Origin: Mobula hypostoma
Taxonomy: Eukaryota
Assembly (NCBI RefSeq): GCF_963921235.1
Contig: NC_086097.1
Span: forward strand, 22,632,001 to 22,696,000
DNA: 64,000 nt
Direction: 5' to 3'
Shown: positions 51,055-63,897 of the stretch, piece after piece
Layout of the letters: every line of letters starts with the position of its first letter
Numbering within the stretch: position 1 is the first letter of the stretch
Notes under the pieces: generated by a model
Told to the model about the DNA's origin: nothing
Databases searched by the model: none
The model's input: only the letters and a program-made list of their open reading frames with translations
Program-made: the position numbers and the translations under genes

Positions 51055-52270
51055 AAACAGAAGAGATGCTGCAGATAATGGAAATCCAGAGCAATTCATT
51101 AAAAATTCTGGAGGAACTCAGCAGGTCAGGCAGCATCTATAGAAATGAATAAACTGTCAACTTTCGTGAAGAAGGTTTTTGAGCCGAGACCCTTCTTCGT
51201 GACTGGAAAGAAGTGGGAAGATGCCAAGATAAAAAGTTGGTGGGGGGGGGTGGAGGGGAAGGAAGACTAGCTTAAAGCTGGGTGAGTGTGAAAGGTAAAG
51301 GGCTGGGGAAGAAGGAATCTGATAAGAGAGGAGGGTGGACCATAGGAGAAAGGGAAGAAGGTGGGGCATCAGGAAAGATGATAGGCAGGTGAAGAGAATT
51401 AAGAGGCCAGAGCGGAGTGTGGAAGAAGAGAGAAGGGAGAGGGGGAAATAATTACCGGGCAGGGAAAAAGAAATTACTGGAAAGAGACGTCGATGTTCTT
51501 GCCATCAGGTTTGAGGCTATCTAGACCGAATTTGAGGTGTTGCTCGTCCACTCTGGGAGTAGCTTCATTGTGGCAAAAGAAGAAGCCATGGGGATAGGAA
51601 TTGACATGGTTGACCACCGAGAAATTCCGCTTTCGGTGGATGGAAGCAGAGGTGGTCGACAAAGCAGTTGCCCAGTTTGCGTTGGATCTCACTATTGTAG
51701 AAGAGGCTGCATCAGGAGAACTGAATTCAATAGACAACCCCAATGGATTTGCAGGTGGTGTTGTCTCAGCTGGAAGGACTGCTTAGGGTCCCGAATGGAG
51801 GTAAGGGAGAAGCTGAATAGGCAGGTGTAACAATTCTGTTCCATGCAGGGATATATGACAGGAGAGAGATTAGTGAGGAAGGACAAATGGACAAGGGAAT
51901 TCTGCAGAAAGTGGAGAGTATGGAAGGTAACGATGTGTTTGGTGATAAGATCCCATTGAAGGAGGTGCAAGTTGCAGAGAGTGTTGTGTTGGATGTGGAG
52001 GCTGATGGGGTGGTAGGTGAGGACAAGAGGAACTCTATCCCTGTTGAAGTGGCGGGAAGATGGAGTGAGGACAGCATCAATGGTAAAGGAAAAGAGGCCC
52101 TCTGCTTTGAAGAAGGAGGACATTTCTGATGTCCTGGAAAGGAAAGCCTTGTCCTGGGAGCAGATGTGGCGGAGACGAAGGAACTGACAAAAAGGAATAA
52201 CGTTTTTACAGTAGATGGGGTGGGAAGAGATTCAGTCAAGATAAACTGTGGGAATTGGTAGGTTTATAAA
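51055..52270 (-). mobile_element. Penelope-like element: RT C-terminus, degenerate GIY-YIG endonuclease and 3' tail
   Basis: RDRVPLVLTYHP, YPC...CYTC, PKQSFQ, VVY*I...C.LFYNSE...LG..FVDHL remnants. Confidence 0.88.
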
Positions 52271-53143
52271 TGGTTTTGGTAGAGATTCTTCAGATGCTGG
52301 AAATCCGGAATAACACTCACAAAATGCTGGGGGATCTCGGCAGGTCCTATGGAAATGAATAAAGAGTTGGCATTCTGAGCCAAGAGAATATGCTTTTCCA
52401 ATTTTAAGCTTCAAGATTGTTTATTGTCATTCATCAGTACTCAAGTGTAAACGAGAACGAAATTATTGTTACTCTGGATCTGATGCAGCATAAAAAATAC
52501 ACAATAATCATAAAGAACACAATAAAAAGATGCAATAAATATAAATAGCTAAGCACATCAATGTTGTGAATTTATCTTGAATATACTGTATCACCTACTG
52601 CCTTAAGAACAGACAATGAATTAAATGATGTGTGTGCTATCATAGAAAAATTCCAGCACTGTGACACTTCAATTTTTCACCAAATTAATTCAGGTTAGAA
52701 GGCTATCTATTTTCTGGTGACAATTATTCTACTTGTAATTGATCACAGTTTCACCACAGTCTGGTATGAAAGCACCAAAGACCACGAAAGGAAAAACCTA
52801 ATAAAGTGATGGATACAGCCCAGTCCGTCACAGGAAAATCCTTCCCCACCTTTGAGCACATCTACAAAGAGCACTGCCACAGGAAAGCAATATCCATCAT
52901 CAAAGACCCCCACCATCCAGGCCATGTTCACTTCTCACTGCTGCCATCAGAGAAGAGGTACTGGAACCTCAGGTCCCACGCTGCCAGGTTCAGGAACGGT
53001 TATTTCCCTACAACCATCGGGCTCCTGAAATAGCATGGATAACTACACTCACCTCAACACTGAACTTATCACTGAACAGGACCTATGGACTCACTTTCAA
53101 GGACTCTACAACTCATCTTCTCAGTTTTTCAAAAAATGATCTA

Positions 53144-54165
53144 CAGGTCTACCTTCACTAATCCGGCACCACTGGGACCTGAGGAGTGCCGGATTAGTGA
53201 AAATGCCGAATTACAGAAGGATCACATTAAGCAATAGCCAACCGCCTCATCATACCTTTAAAATATCATGTAATTCAGTACAAGTTAGATAATAATGAAA
53301 CAGAAATATTAAATGAGTAGCAAGTGAAATTTTGATAAAGTGATATACTGTACAGGTACAGATAAAATAGAGGGTACAGGCAAATGTACAGGAATTAACT
53401 TGTACAGAACGGTTGAGCACTTCCGCTTCTAAAGTGAGATGTTTAGTATACTTTCAGGCAAAGTTACATGTCTGGAAGTGTGGGGTTGTCAGGATCATCA
53501 ACATCTTCATCTTGAAAAATGAGTGAAGCATCAGGAACTGGTGCTGAAACTGGCGCAACAGTTTCTTCAAAAACTGTTGATGTTGGTGGCAGCACATCTG
53601 GGTGAGCAGAAGCAGAAGTCGGAGAAAGGAGGTCTTCTGTATGCTGCATTTCATGTGACCGCCAGGCGGTCGGGGATTCGGCGCTGGGCTCTTCACTCGC
53701 AGTTACTGAGGGAATCCTCGTTAGTTTCTTCTCCTCCACTTAGTAATATGCTTAAATTCAGCGTGTCGCCACATCTGATCTGAGATCGTAGGCAGAAGAG
53801 GACGGAGTGCCAGCCAGGTGACGCCAGAGGGCAGTGTGCGACTGCCAGCAGGCGGGCGAGAAGGCGAACTGACCCAGCACGTACCAGATCCCCCGTCGCT
53901 GGCAGGTGGAGATGGGCAATTGCCGGGCGGCCGCACGTCACACAAATGATATTAAGAAATGCAGGAAAACAAGCAGGAATCGCCTGTCTGTGTTTACAAG
54001 AGCGCGCCAACATGTGAGCAGATCTAGCGCAACCAAAACAATGCGCAGCAGATTGGTGTGGTGGCCTGGGAAATTTGAAATTACAGTTGCACGGAAAATT
54101 TGAAATCAGTGCCGGATTATCGAAGGAACCGAATTACAGGTAGTCGGGTTAGTGAAGGTCGACTG
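53144..54165. mobile_element. About 1-kb non-autonomous Tc1/mariner-pogo-type element
   Basis: TA on both sides; TIRs CAGGTCTACCTTCACTAATCCG / CGGGTTAGTGAAGGTCGACTG; subterminal GCCGGATTA repeats. Confidence 0.85.
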
Positions 54166-54327
54166 TATCTATTTATCTGCCACTCACAGTGCATCCACAA
54201 ATGGTAGGATGCTGTAATAGTATAGTGTAGCTTTTCACTGTATGATCAATGAGATATTAACAGTGCTGTTCAACAGTCCTTGCTGTAATACAGAGATATT
54301 ACGACAGATAACGTAGCTGTTAGAATA

Positions 54328-55272
54328 ATTAGATTAGATTAGATTAGATTCAACTTTATTGTCATTGTGCCGAGTACAGATACAAAGCCAATTAAACTCT
54401 TTTAGCATCTGACCAGAGATGCAAAGAATAGTGTTATTTACAAAATAACTGTGAATAAAAAAAGTGCTACAGCACACAAATATAAAAGTACTGAGACAGT
54501 ACAATACGGATGCAATACTGCTTAGCGCTGTGATGAGGGGTTCAGCAGGGTCACAGCCTCAGGGAAGAATCTCTTCCTGTGCCTGCTAGTGTGGGAGCAG
54601 AGGTTCCTGTAGCGCCTACTGGATGGGAGGAGAGTAAAAGGTCCATGGTTAGGGTGAGATGCATCCCTGATAATGCTTTTCGCTCTGCCCAGGCAGTGTT
54701 TATGGTAGATGTTCTCAATGGTGGGCAATTGGGTGCCGATGATCCGCTGGGCAGTTTTCACCACACGCTGGAGTGCTTTGCGGTCCGATACGGGACAATT
54801 GCCATACCACACTGAGATGCAGTTGGTGAGTATGCTCTCAATGGTACAGCGGTAAAAGTCTGTCAGTATCCTGGGATAGAGGTGAGCTTTCTTCATGCTC
54901 CGCGGGAAATAAAGGCACTGTTGCACCTTTTTGATCAGGATGGAGGAGTTCAGGGACCAGGTGAGATCCTCGGAAATGTGGACACCAAGGAATTTGAAGC
55001 TTGATACACTCTCCACTACAGTTCCGTTGATGTAGATGGGGATGGGAGTGTGACTCCTGGCATGCCTAAAGTCCACAATGATCTCCTTGGTCTTCTGGGT
55101 GGTAAGGGCCAGATTGTTGTCGGCACACCACGCAGCCAGGTGCTGGACCTCGTCCCTGTAGGCCGTCTCGTCATCCCCTCTGATCAGACCAACCACCGTG
55201 GTGTTGTCTGCGAACTTGATTATGGAGTTAGAACCATGTCCAGGAACGCAGTCATAGGTGAAAAGGGAGTAC
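54328..55272 (-). mobile_element. Rex-Babar-type LINE, 5'-truncated, with uninterrupted RT-C/DUF1891-like frame (54522-55272)
   Basis: LYSLFTYDC..IIKFADNTTVVGLI..KTKEIIVDFR..IESILTNCISVWYGNC; (CTAAT)n tail. Confidence 0.93.
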
Positions 55273-55602
55273 AGCGGCAGCAATCACCTATCAGGATTCG
55301 ATTCCCACTGCTATCTGTACATAGTTTGTAAGTTCTCTGCATGACAGTGTGGGTTTCCTCTGGGTGCTCTGGTTTCCTCCCACATTCCAAAGACATAGCG
55401 GTCAGCAATACCTGGACTCACTGCAGTTTGACTATTGCCACAATAGGTCCATGGCAGACACAATCTGTTGGCACTGGAATGCACGGTGGCATTTATGGAC
55501 CGTCCAGCACAACCCTTGCTGATTTGATTTAATGCAAACAACACATGTCACTGGATGTTTCAACATTTCAATGCACATATGACAAATAAAGCTAATCTTT
55601 AA
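55273..55602 (+). mobile_element. V-domain SINE (head separated, at about 54303-54328)
   Basis: B box GGATTCGATTCC at 55294; core GTGGGTTTCCTCTGGGTGCTCTGGTTTCCTCCCACATTCCAAAGAC. Confidence 0.82.
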
Positions 55603-57081
55603 TCTACAATTGTTTTTTTTAAAACTTCTGCAGATCAGAGGTTGCTAGCATTCTGATTCCTTAAGGTCAGGGTGTTTAATATTGTACATGAGTTTCATCA
55701 TGCTTGCTTTAAATTCTTTTGTTTCTCCTCACAATGAAGATATTATTTAAAATAATGGGGTTGAACTAAAATGGCAAAGTAAAATGACAAAGCAGACTTG
55801 ATGAGCTGAATGGCCTAATTCTGCACCTATATCTTACGGTTTTATGGCAGCAAGAAGAAATCTGTTTTGCTTATGACACTTCCATTTATCAATCTCTGAA
55901 GAAACTAATTCTGAAGTGGAGATGTGTTGAACCAACAATAGTTACCAACTAATTAGAGTTTCTTACAATCATATTAGGCACCACTTTGTACTTCATTGGC
56001 TATTATAATATTTTCCCAATGGATCAATTGCTTGCAGTTTAACTGAGCCAGCTATTGTTTGTTTTAATGAGTTGTCTTTTTCCTTGAAATGTAATCTATT
56101 TAGGAAATATCGCAGTGTCAGCAGAATCATCATGTACTTGAACGTGAACGAAATGTGAAGGTACACTTGGCGAGCGAGTAGAGAAAGTGAATTGTTTTAC
56201 ACAAGGTACTCATCTCCCTGTTGCCATTTGTGGAAAGCATAGTTCAGCTTTTAATGATGCAGTTGTTAAACAAACATAAGCAACCTACTCAAAGGCATCA
56301 TGCATTTAATTTGGTGGATTTAATTTCTGCACTGGAATAAAATTACAAGTTCCTGGCCATGCAGGTTTCATCGAGAGCTGTTGTTTAAATGACTATAAAA
56401 GCAGAACATTCTAGAAGCACTCAACAGGTCAGACATAAGTGTGAAAAGATGAACAGAATTAACTTTACAGCTAAGAGAATCCTTCCTCAGCTGTTTTAAC
56501 TAAATGGGTTTATTTCAAAGATTCAAGATTCAAAGTATATTTATGGTCAAATTACGTCTGCAGTGCACAATCCTGAGATTTGTCTTCTCACAGGCACCCA
56601 TGAAACAAAGAAAATCATGGAACCCATTCAAAGAAATACATCAAACCCCCAACACACACAAAAAACAAATTGCTCAAACAGGGGAAATATGAGTGAAAAA
56701 CACAGAATAAAAACATCAACCCACAAAGTCATCAGAAGAATCCAGGCATATTCAGTTCAGCTCAGTTCAGTTCAATCTAGTGCTGTGTCGTTCGTTATCT
56801 GCAGGATGATTTCTAGATCTTTTTGAAGTTTTGTTTTCACATTTTAACATGTTATTTTTTAAGCTCATTTTGTTCTCCGCATACATTTCTCCTATTTTTG
56901 GTTTTGGTGAAGATTTAATGTTAAATGGATGCTTCAATATTTCATTTGCACTTTGATCTTAAGTAACTGAATTGGTAGTGGAGAGAGAGAGACGGTGGCG
57001 TTATAACTACTTGTGATTGGTTGTGCTGTGTTTATTAACATCGTCATAAACATTGTTGTTTACATTGTAAATACATGCTGG

Positions 57082-57799
57082 TGTAGGCCCCTGGTAAGCC
57101 TCAGGCTTGCTCAGCTTGCTCCCGTCTAGGGGGAGCAGCCTTTGGCCCCACCAAACTGGGTAATCAAGTTTGTGTGGATGCTGTGTGATGTACCCCACCC
57201 TGCCAAATAACAGACAATACACTACATGTGATTAAATGATTACACTTTATAGATCTTACTGGAACTATGTAATTAATAGAGATAAAATATAAAAGGAATG
57301 TAAAAGGTGCCAAACTTATCAAAGTTCAAACACCTCGGGCACAACTGTTGGACTCAATGAACCGGGTCTTCTTTCCACCACGCGATCTCCTCCGACCCCT
57401 TCGACCCGCCACCTGGGACCAACCATGGTGTTCGACCAGAGCGCATCCAGCACGTCCTTCCTCTTCGGTTCTCCTCCCGAAAACCCTGGGCTTTGGACTC
57501 CGGCTCGGGGTCCATTACGTCGCCCAGCTTACAACATCGCGTCTCCTCTGTCCCCAACCACCTTCTCCCCCAAAGCCCACAAAAACAATAGCTTACAGAC
57601 ACACAAGAAAGAATAACATCTATCCCAATTGGTTAGCTAATGATACAATTCTCGTTATCAGCAATATAACCCAAAAAAGCTGCTATAGAGAAGCACTTTC
57701 TCAGCAGTTAACATAACAAAGAAGCTATTTTATTTTAACATAACAAAGAAGCCATTTTTATTAGCCTTATCAGTAACATGAAAGAAGAAACCCCTTACA
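57082..57799. mobile_element. Solo LTR (Gypsy-like), 718 bp
   Basis: TGTAGG...CCTTACA termini; flanks CTGG / CTAG (4-bp TSD, one mismatch); interrupts an AT-rich tract that rejoins. Confidence 0.75.
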
Positions 57800-59579
57800 C
57801 TAGTATTTATGTATTTATCCACATTTTATTTCATGTCCATACTTTAACCTCTAACTTATATAGTTTTTGACTCTTTATATTGTTTTTGTTGAATACCTCA
57901 CCAACACACAACAAATCCCTAATACATGTAAATGTATATGGTGAATAAAGTTGATCCTCGATATTGTAGCAATATTCTGTCATAATGAATACACAACATA
58001 TTGTGATTAAATAAATGGTTATGAATTATAGATTTGAAACCTATTATGGTGCTGTGGATTATTTATTTCAGTGAAATTCTTTGGGTTTCACTTGGGCAGA
58101 CCGAGATATATGCTTCTGGAATGTATCCATAACTTTGAGAGTTGAAGAATTTAATGATAAAATGTTGAGAAAGCAGAAATTGTTCTCTGCTTTGAAAAGG
58201 GAATTATCTAGAGAAGATTCTACACTTACAATTAAATAACTGTTCCGTGTCACTTCCTTGTCTTCATAAAAAATGCTATATCTTTTCATTCTTTGCTGAT
58301 GTACACATACTGAAATTCATAAAGTAGCTTAAATTTTTAAATGTAAGGTAGTGCCTGGTTCCCTGATGAACTGAACTTGAGGAGTGGTTTGAGTGGCAAA
58401 AAAATTATGTCTCCGGCTTAATTGTGCCCGGCTTGTCTGACTCTTTATAAATAAATGAACCCAGAACTGTGGGAGATTGGGGCTGAGAGGAAAAATGGAT
58501 CCGCCACGATGAAATGGTGGAACAGACTCAATGGGCCAAATGGCCTAATTCTGCTCCTGTATCTTGGGGTCTTATGGTCTTATGATTGGGCTGATGGTCC
58601 ACTAGGAACTAGTAGAGTACAGGTAGCAATGGACACAGCTCTGATTTAACTATCTACCATTTCAGTGCAGAGACTGTGGTCTGGTTTTATATATAGAACG
58701 TAGAATAGTATGGGCCTTTCACCGTGTAGCTTGCTCCAAGATCAATCTGACCTTCCCTCCTACACAGCCCATGACCTTCCATTTTTCCTGCATTCACGGC
58801 TCATTTTAAAGTGATTGGAGGAAAGTATAGCTGAGATGTTTACACAGAGTGTAGTGGGTGCATGGAACATGTGGATGATGGTTGAGGCAGATACATTAGC
58901 GACATTTAAGAAACTCTGACTCACTGATTTTTGAACACAAACACGCACAACTGACACTATATAAAGACTGTTCGCTCTAAGCACAGTTAATGGAAAATGG
59001 CTGCACAAGTGCACGCAACTGAAGGTAGTTAGAAACCATTTGGCAACAGTCCCCTGTCCCAAGTAAGCAGCATAGTATCCCAAATATAAAGATTCCCAGC
59101 TATTTTCTCAGCAGTCTTGTTCCAAATACGTCGTCCCAATTAACTGTATTTCCAAATGGTCTTCATGATCATTGACACCACTGCAATGTATTTAAATAAA
59201 TAAAGACATTAATTAATTTTAAAACACTTTTACCTCTTAAGAATGAATTCATAAAGGAAAGTAATTAATTAATAACAGAGGGAAAAGTAACTTTGCTTGT
59301 CATTTTGCTAACAGTTGGCAGATGCATTCAACTAATGTGAGCCAAGCAGTATATATGCCTGGCATACAAGTGAGGGGACTAGGAATAGAATAGACAACTG
59401 AGAACAGGATAGCACAAGAACAGGCCTCATGCTCACAGTGTATGTGCTGAACAGGATGCCAACTTAAAATGGTCTATGTTCGTCCATTCTCTGTCTGTTC
59501 ATGTGTTTGACTAAAAGCCTCTTGAACATTGCCATCATGACTACTTCGATCTCCTCTCCTGGCAACACATCCCAGGCAT

Positions 59580-59921
59580 CAATGTTCCCCTTCTTTGTAC
59601 CAGTGTGCGCAAGAATCGTGTGCTGTGCAATTTTTTGCCCAGTGACAACAACATGTGCGCACTGAATAATTTCTTCAATAAAAACAGTATAAATACGCCA
59701 ATTCTAAAATCTACAGACAAATCATGACAAACTCCAAACTGTCAACACTGTCCTATTCAGAAAGCAGAAAAGGAAATGTGATTGCGTACGATTATGAAAT
59801 ATACTTGACGTGCCAACGAGGTAGGGGATGACAACCTTTTGTGCGCAGTTTAAACTCCTTTGTGTGCTAGTGTGTCCACGTATAGATGTGCCCACATACA
59901 CACACCTTAGAGGGAACATTG
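59580..59921. mobile_element. hAT MITE, 342 bp
   Basis: TIRs CAATGTTCCC / GGGAACATTG; 8-bp TSD CCAGGCAT / CCAGGCAA. Confidence 0.88.
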
Positions 59922-60469
59922 CCAGGCAAGTACCACATAAATCTCCTTTAAGCTTTCTCCTTCAATCGTTCAATAGTCTTGTAGTGTGACAGAATCTGAC
60001 CTTGAGCCTGGTGGTATGTTCTTTCAGGCTTGTGAATCTTCCACCCGATGGGAGAGGGGAAACGAGGAAATGTATGCTGACTGCTTTACTGAGGAGGTAA
60101 GAGTGCACACAGAGACCATGGAGGAGAGGCTGTCCTTCAGAGCTGCATCCACAACTCTGCACTTTCTTGTGGTCTTGGGAAGAGCAGTTGCCGTATCAAG
60201 CCATTACGTATCTGGATAGGATGCTTTCTGTAGTGGACCAACAAAGGTCAGTGGGGACATGCCTAATGTCTTCAGCCTCCTGAGGAAGAGAGCCACTACT
60301 ACACTTTCTTGACCATGGCATCAACATGCTCCAGGACAGACTATTGGTGATGTTCACTCTGAGGAACTTGGAGCTTTCAAACCTCTCGACCTCAGCACCT
60401 TTGACGTAAGCAGGAGCATGTGAATGGCTTGCCATAAGAACATCGTCTGATGGCTCTGGGCCAGTATTC

Positions 60470-60872
60470 ACTACATTTCAGAAGAATAAGGGGTGATCTC
60501 ATTGAAATCTATCAAAAGTTTAAAGGCATTGATAAAGTGGATGTGGAGAGGATGTTTCCTATGGTGGGAGAATCTAAGACCAGAGGACACAGCCTCAATA
60601 TGGAGGCGTCCTTTTAGAAAGGAGATGAGGAGGTATTTCTTTGGCTAGAGAGTGGTGAATCAGTGGAATTTTGCCACATGCAGCAGCGGAGGCAAAGTCA
60701 TTGGGTATATTTAAGGTAGAGTTTGGTAGATTCTTGAATGGTCAGGCCATGAAGGGATATGGGGAGAAGGCAGGAGATTGGAGCTGAGAGGAAAATTGGA
60801 TCAGCCATGATGAAATTGTGGAGCAGACTCAATGGGCCAAATGGCTTAATTCTGCTATACCTTATGGTCTTA
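60470..60872 (+). mobile_element. CR1 3' end inserted into a minus-strand Rex-Babar fragment (about 59960-60925)
   Basis: RGDLIE.Y, FPMVGESKTRGHSL remnants; (CTTATGGT)n tail. Confidence 0.85.
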
Positions 60873-61999
60873 TGTGCACTGCCCTTCTTCCTGAAGTCAA
60901 TGGCAAGCACTTTTTTCTGATGACAGTGAGAGAAAGGTTGTTTGCTTATATTTGTTAATACAGCCCTGAAAGAGGTCCCTTGATGCTCCATGCTCATGTT
61001 AATGATTAGTATTAATCCATAGCCTTCTATGCTTTGGAAATCAGATGCTTGTCCAGGTGCTTAAGTGTTATGTGTGTATCTGTGTTAGGCAATACTTTCC
61101 AGATTCCAACTACTCGCTGATTAAAGAAAAGTCTTCCTCAGATCTGATTCCACATCCTACAGACTCACTTTCAAGTTCTCCACAACTCGTCTTCTCAGTG
61201 TGTTTTCTACTTGCACATGGTCTCCTTTTGCATATTGGTTACTTGTCCGTCTTCATAGTGTTTCATAAAGACCTGTCCTATCAGATTGCTTCATCTTCAG
61301 CCCTGACCTCTTCCACCTATTCCCTCCCAGCTGCTTACTTCATCTCCCCACCCACCTTCTCCTTCGCTTGGTTTCACCTTGTCTCTCTTACCCTTATTAT
61401 GGCCACTTTCCCCTTCCTTTACAGTACTAATGAAGGGTCCCGAAACATCGACTGTTTATTCCTCTCCATAGATGCTGCCTGACCCACTGAGTTTCTCCAG
61501 CATTTTGTGTAGGGTTCTCTTGTTAATTCTCCTTTGGATGTGGAGCTCTTTTCCCCTCTCCCATTCTCAGCAAGCACATAGTGAGCTTTAGGGCTGTTTG
61601 ACTCTCTCAGCTTTTTAATCCTGCTCTTTTCCTCTTTTGGTGTCACGTGTGGACCCAGCCTCATTAATGTAGTGTAACATATTGAGGTTACCAGTGAAAT
61701 ATATTCTGACACTGTACAGGAGACTGACATTACGTTATCAATAGCCTCAAGACTAAAAGTGAATGTTTGACTCTGTCTTGACCTGGATGCAGTAAGAGTG
61801 CTCAACAGTGTGTATACAGAGGCCAGGATTTAGGGAAATGTTGGCAAATCTAACTTAACAGGTACACTGCATACATTTTCTGTGGGCCTAACCAAAATTT
61901 ATCTGTGCAGTATCGGGGTGGCACAATCGTTTTACAGCGCCAGTAAACCCCTATCAGGCTCCGATTCTCACTGCTATCTAATGAATTTGTACTCTAACC

Positions 62000-62400
62000 A
62001 CACTATTAAGTGTGTTACTGCCTGTTACCCATTGGCATTTAGGGCATTTAATGAAGGTCCTCCATCTCTGGTGGTGTTCAGGGCTACCTTTGTCATGTCA
62101 GTAGCTTCCTCTGGGTGTTCACCACTGTCAGTCATGCAAGTCCAGGGTGGATACCGTCACACTCAGACGTGGAAGGATCCTTCTTGATGTTTCTGTAACA
62201 ATTTTGTTTAACCAGTCAGGGCTGTTAGTTCTGAGCTGAACCGCCAACCCTAGAGGACTGGCAGACCACTCTTAGTCTGGCTTCTACCCTTTGGCCTGTT
62301 TGGCATGGGTGACCCTACCAAAAGCCAAAGCATAAAGCCCTGACTCCAACCAACACAGCTCTCTGGTCATTAAGGCTCTAAACCACGACAAGGTTGTGGC
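62000..62400 (-). mobile_element. Second copy of the RTE-5'-like repeat
   Basis: Reverse complement of 32195-32512. Confidence 0.65.
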
Positions 62401-62880
62401 TTTCCATTTTGTACTGTGATAATAAATTTTACTTTGAACTCTAAATGTGATAGTCCTTTCATGCATCTTGTACTTCTGTAGTTTTTTCTTGCTAAACTTG
62501 GGTCAGGGAGGTGGCATGAATTGATTTAGGCAAATTACACTTTAAGGACTGCAGCTACAGAGTTACCGAATTTACTCTGGGGAATATTGGTGAAGCAAAT
62601 TGTTTCAGAGTCTAGCTTCTTAATTGTCCTTGGGATTGCAGTCATCCAAGTAAATACTCCATCACAGACATGACTTGAGTCATTAGAGAGGAGAGAGCCT
62701 TGGAAAGGCTCGGAATAGAAAGATAGTTGATTTCTTTCAGCCACAATTAAGATGATTGCTGAATTACTAATACAGTAACCAATGGTGAACATCAAAATGC
62801 GCTGATTGATGATGTGTACTAATGAGGTAATAATACTAATAATGAGAAAAAAATAATATTAAAAAATGGCACAGTCTGTC

Positions 62881-63560
62881 CATAAGACCAGAAGACTTAA
62901 GAGCAAAATTAGGCCATTTGGCCCATCAAGTCTGCTCCGTCATTTGATCATGTTTGATTTACTGTCCAGCTCAACCCCATACTCCTGCCTTCTCCCATAA
63001 CCTTTGATACACTTACTAATCAAGAAACCTCTGCTTTAAATATGCCCAATGAATTGGCCTCCACAGCCATCTGTAGCAATAATTCCACAGATTCATCACC
63101 TTCCAGCTAAAGATATTCTTTTTCATCTCTATTCTAAAAGGATGTCTTTCTATTCTGATGCTGTGCCTCTGGGCCGAGACGTTCCCATTGTAGGAAACAT
63201 CCTCTCCAGATCCACTGTGTCAAGATCTTCCAATATTCGATAGGTTTCAATGAGATTCCCCCGCTCATTCTTCTAAACTCCAGCAAGTACAGGCCCAGAG
63301 CTATCAAATGCTCCTCATTGGTTAATCTTTTTATTCCTGGAATCATTTTCGTGAATCTTCTCTGGACCATCTCCATTGCCAGCACATCCTTTCTCAGGTA
63401 AGAGACACAAAACTGCTTCCAATACTCCAAATGTAGTCTGACAATTGCTTTATAAAGTCATAGCTTTGCATCCTTACATTTATATTCTAGTCCTCTCAAA
63501 ATTAATGTTAATGTTGCATTTGCTTTCCTTACTACTGACACAACCTGCAGATTAACCTTG
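62881..63560 (-). mobile_element. CR1 3' fragment
   Basis: YLRKDVLAMEMVQRRFTKMIPG..LGLYLLEFRRM. Confidence 0.9.
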
Positions 63561-63654
63561 TCTTGGGCAGATCAATGGTAGGTACAGTGACTAAATGTAG
63601 GAATGCCAATAATACATTTCCTATTGTATATCAATGCAGTACTGTACAACTACT

Positions 63655-63897
63655 GTGGGCCAAGTGGTTAAGGCATTGGACTAGCAACCTGAAGGTCGTG
63701 AGTTCGAGCCCCAGCCGAGGCAACGTGTTGTGTCCTTGAGCAAGGCACTTAATCACGCATTGCTCTGCGATGACATTGGTGCCAAGCTGTATGGGTCCTA
63801 ATGCACTTCGTGGAGAGGGGAGACTTGCAGCATGGGCAGCTGCTGGTCTTCCATACAACCTTGTCCTGGAGAGGGTCTCGCAAGACTAACGGATGCT
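63655..63897 (+). mobile_element. tRNA-derived CORE-like SINE (copy 3 of 3)
   Basis: GGCCAAGTGGTTAAGGC A box, GAGTTCGAGCC B box, GTGTCCTTGAGCAAGGCACTTAA. Confidence 0.9.

Noticed and set aside
54522..55283. 253-aa ORF as a host gene
   Set aside because: It is the RT C-terminal/DUF1891-like part of a 5'-truncated Rex-Babar LINE with a microsatellite tail
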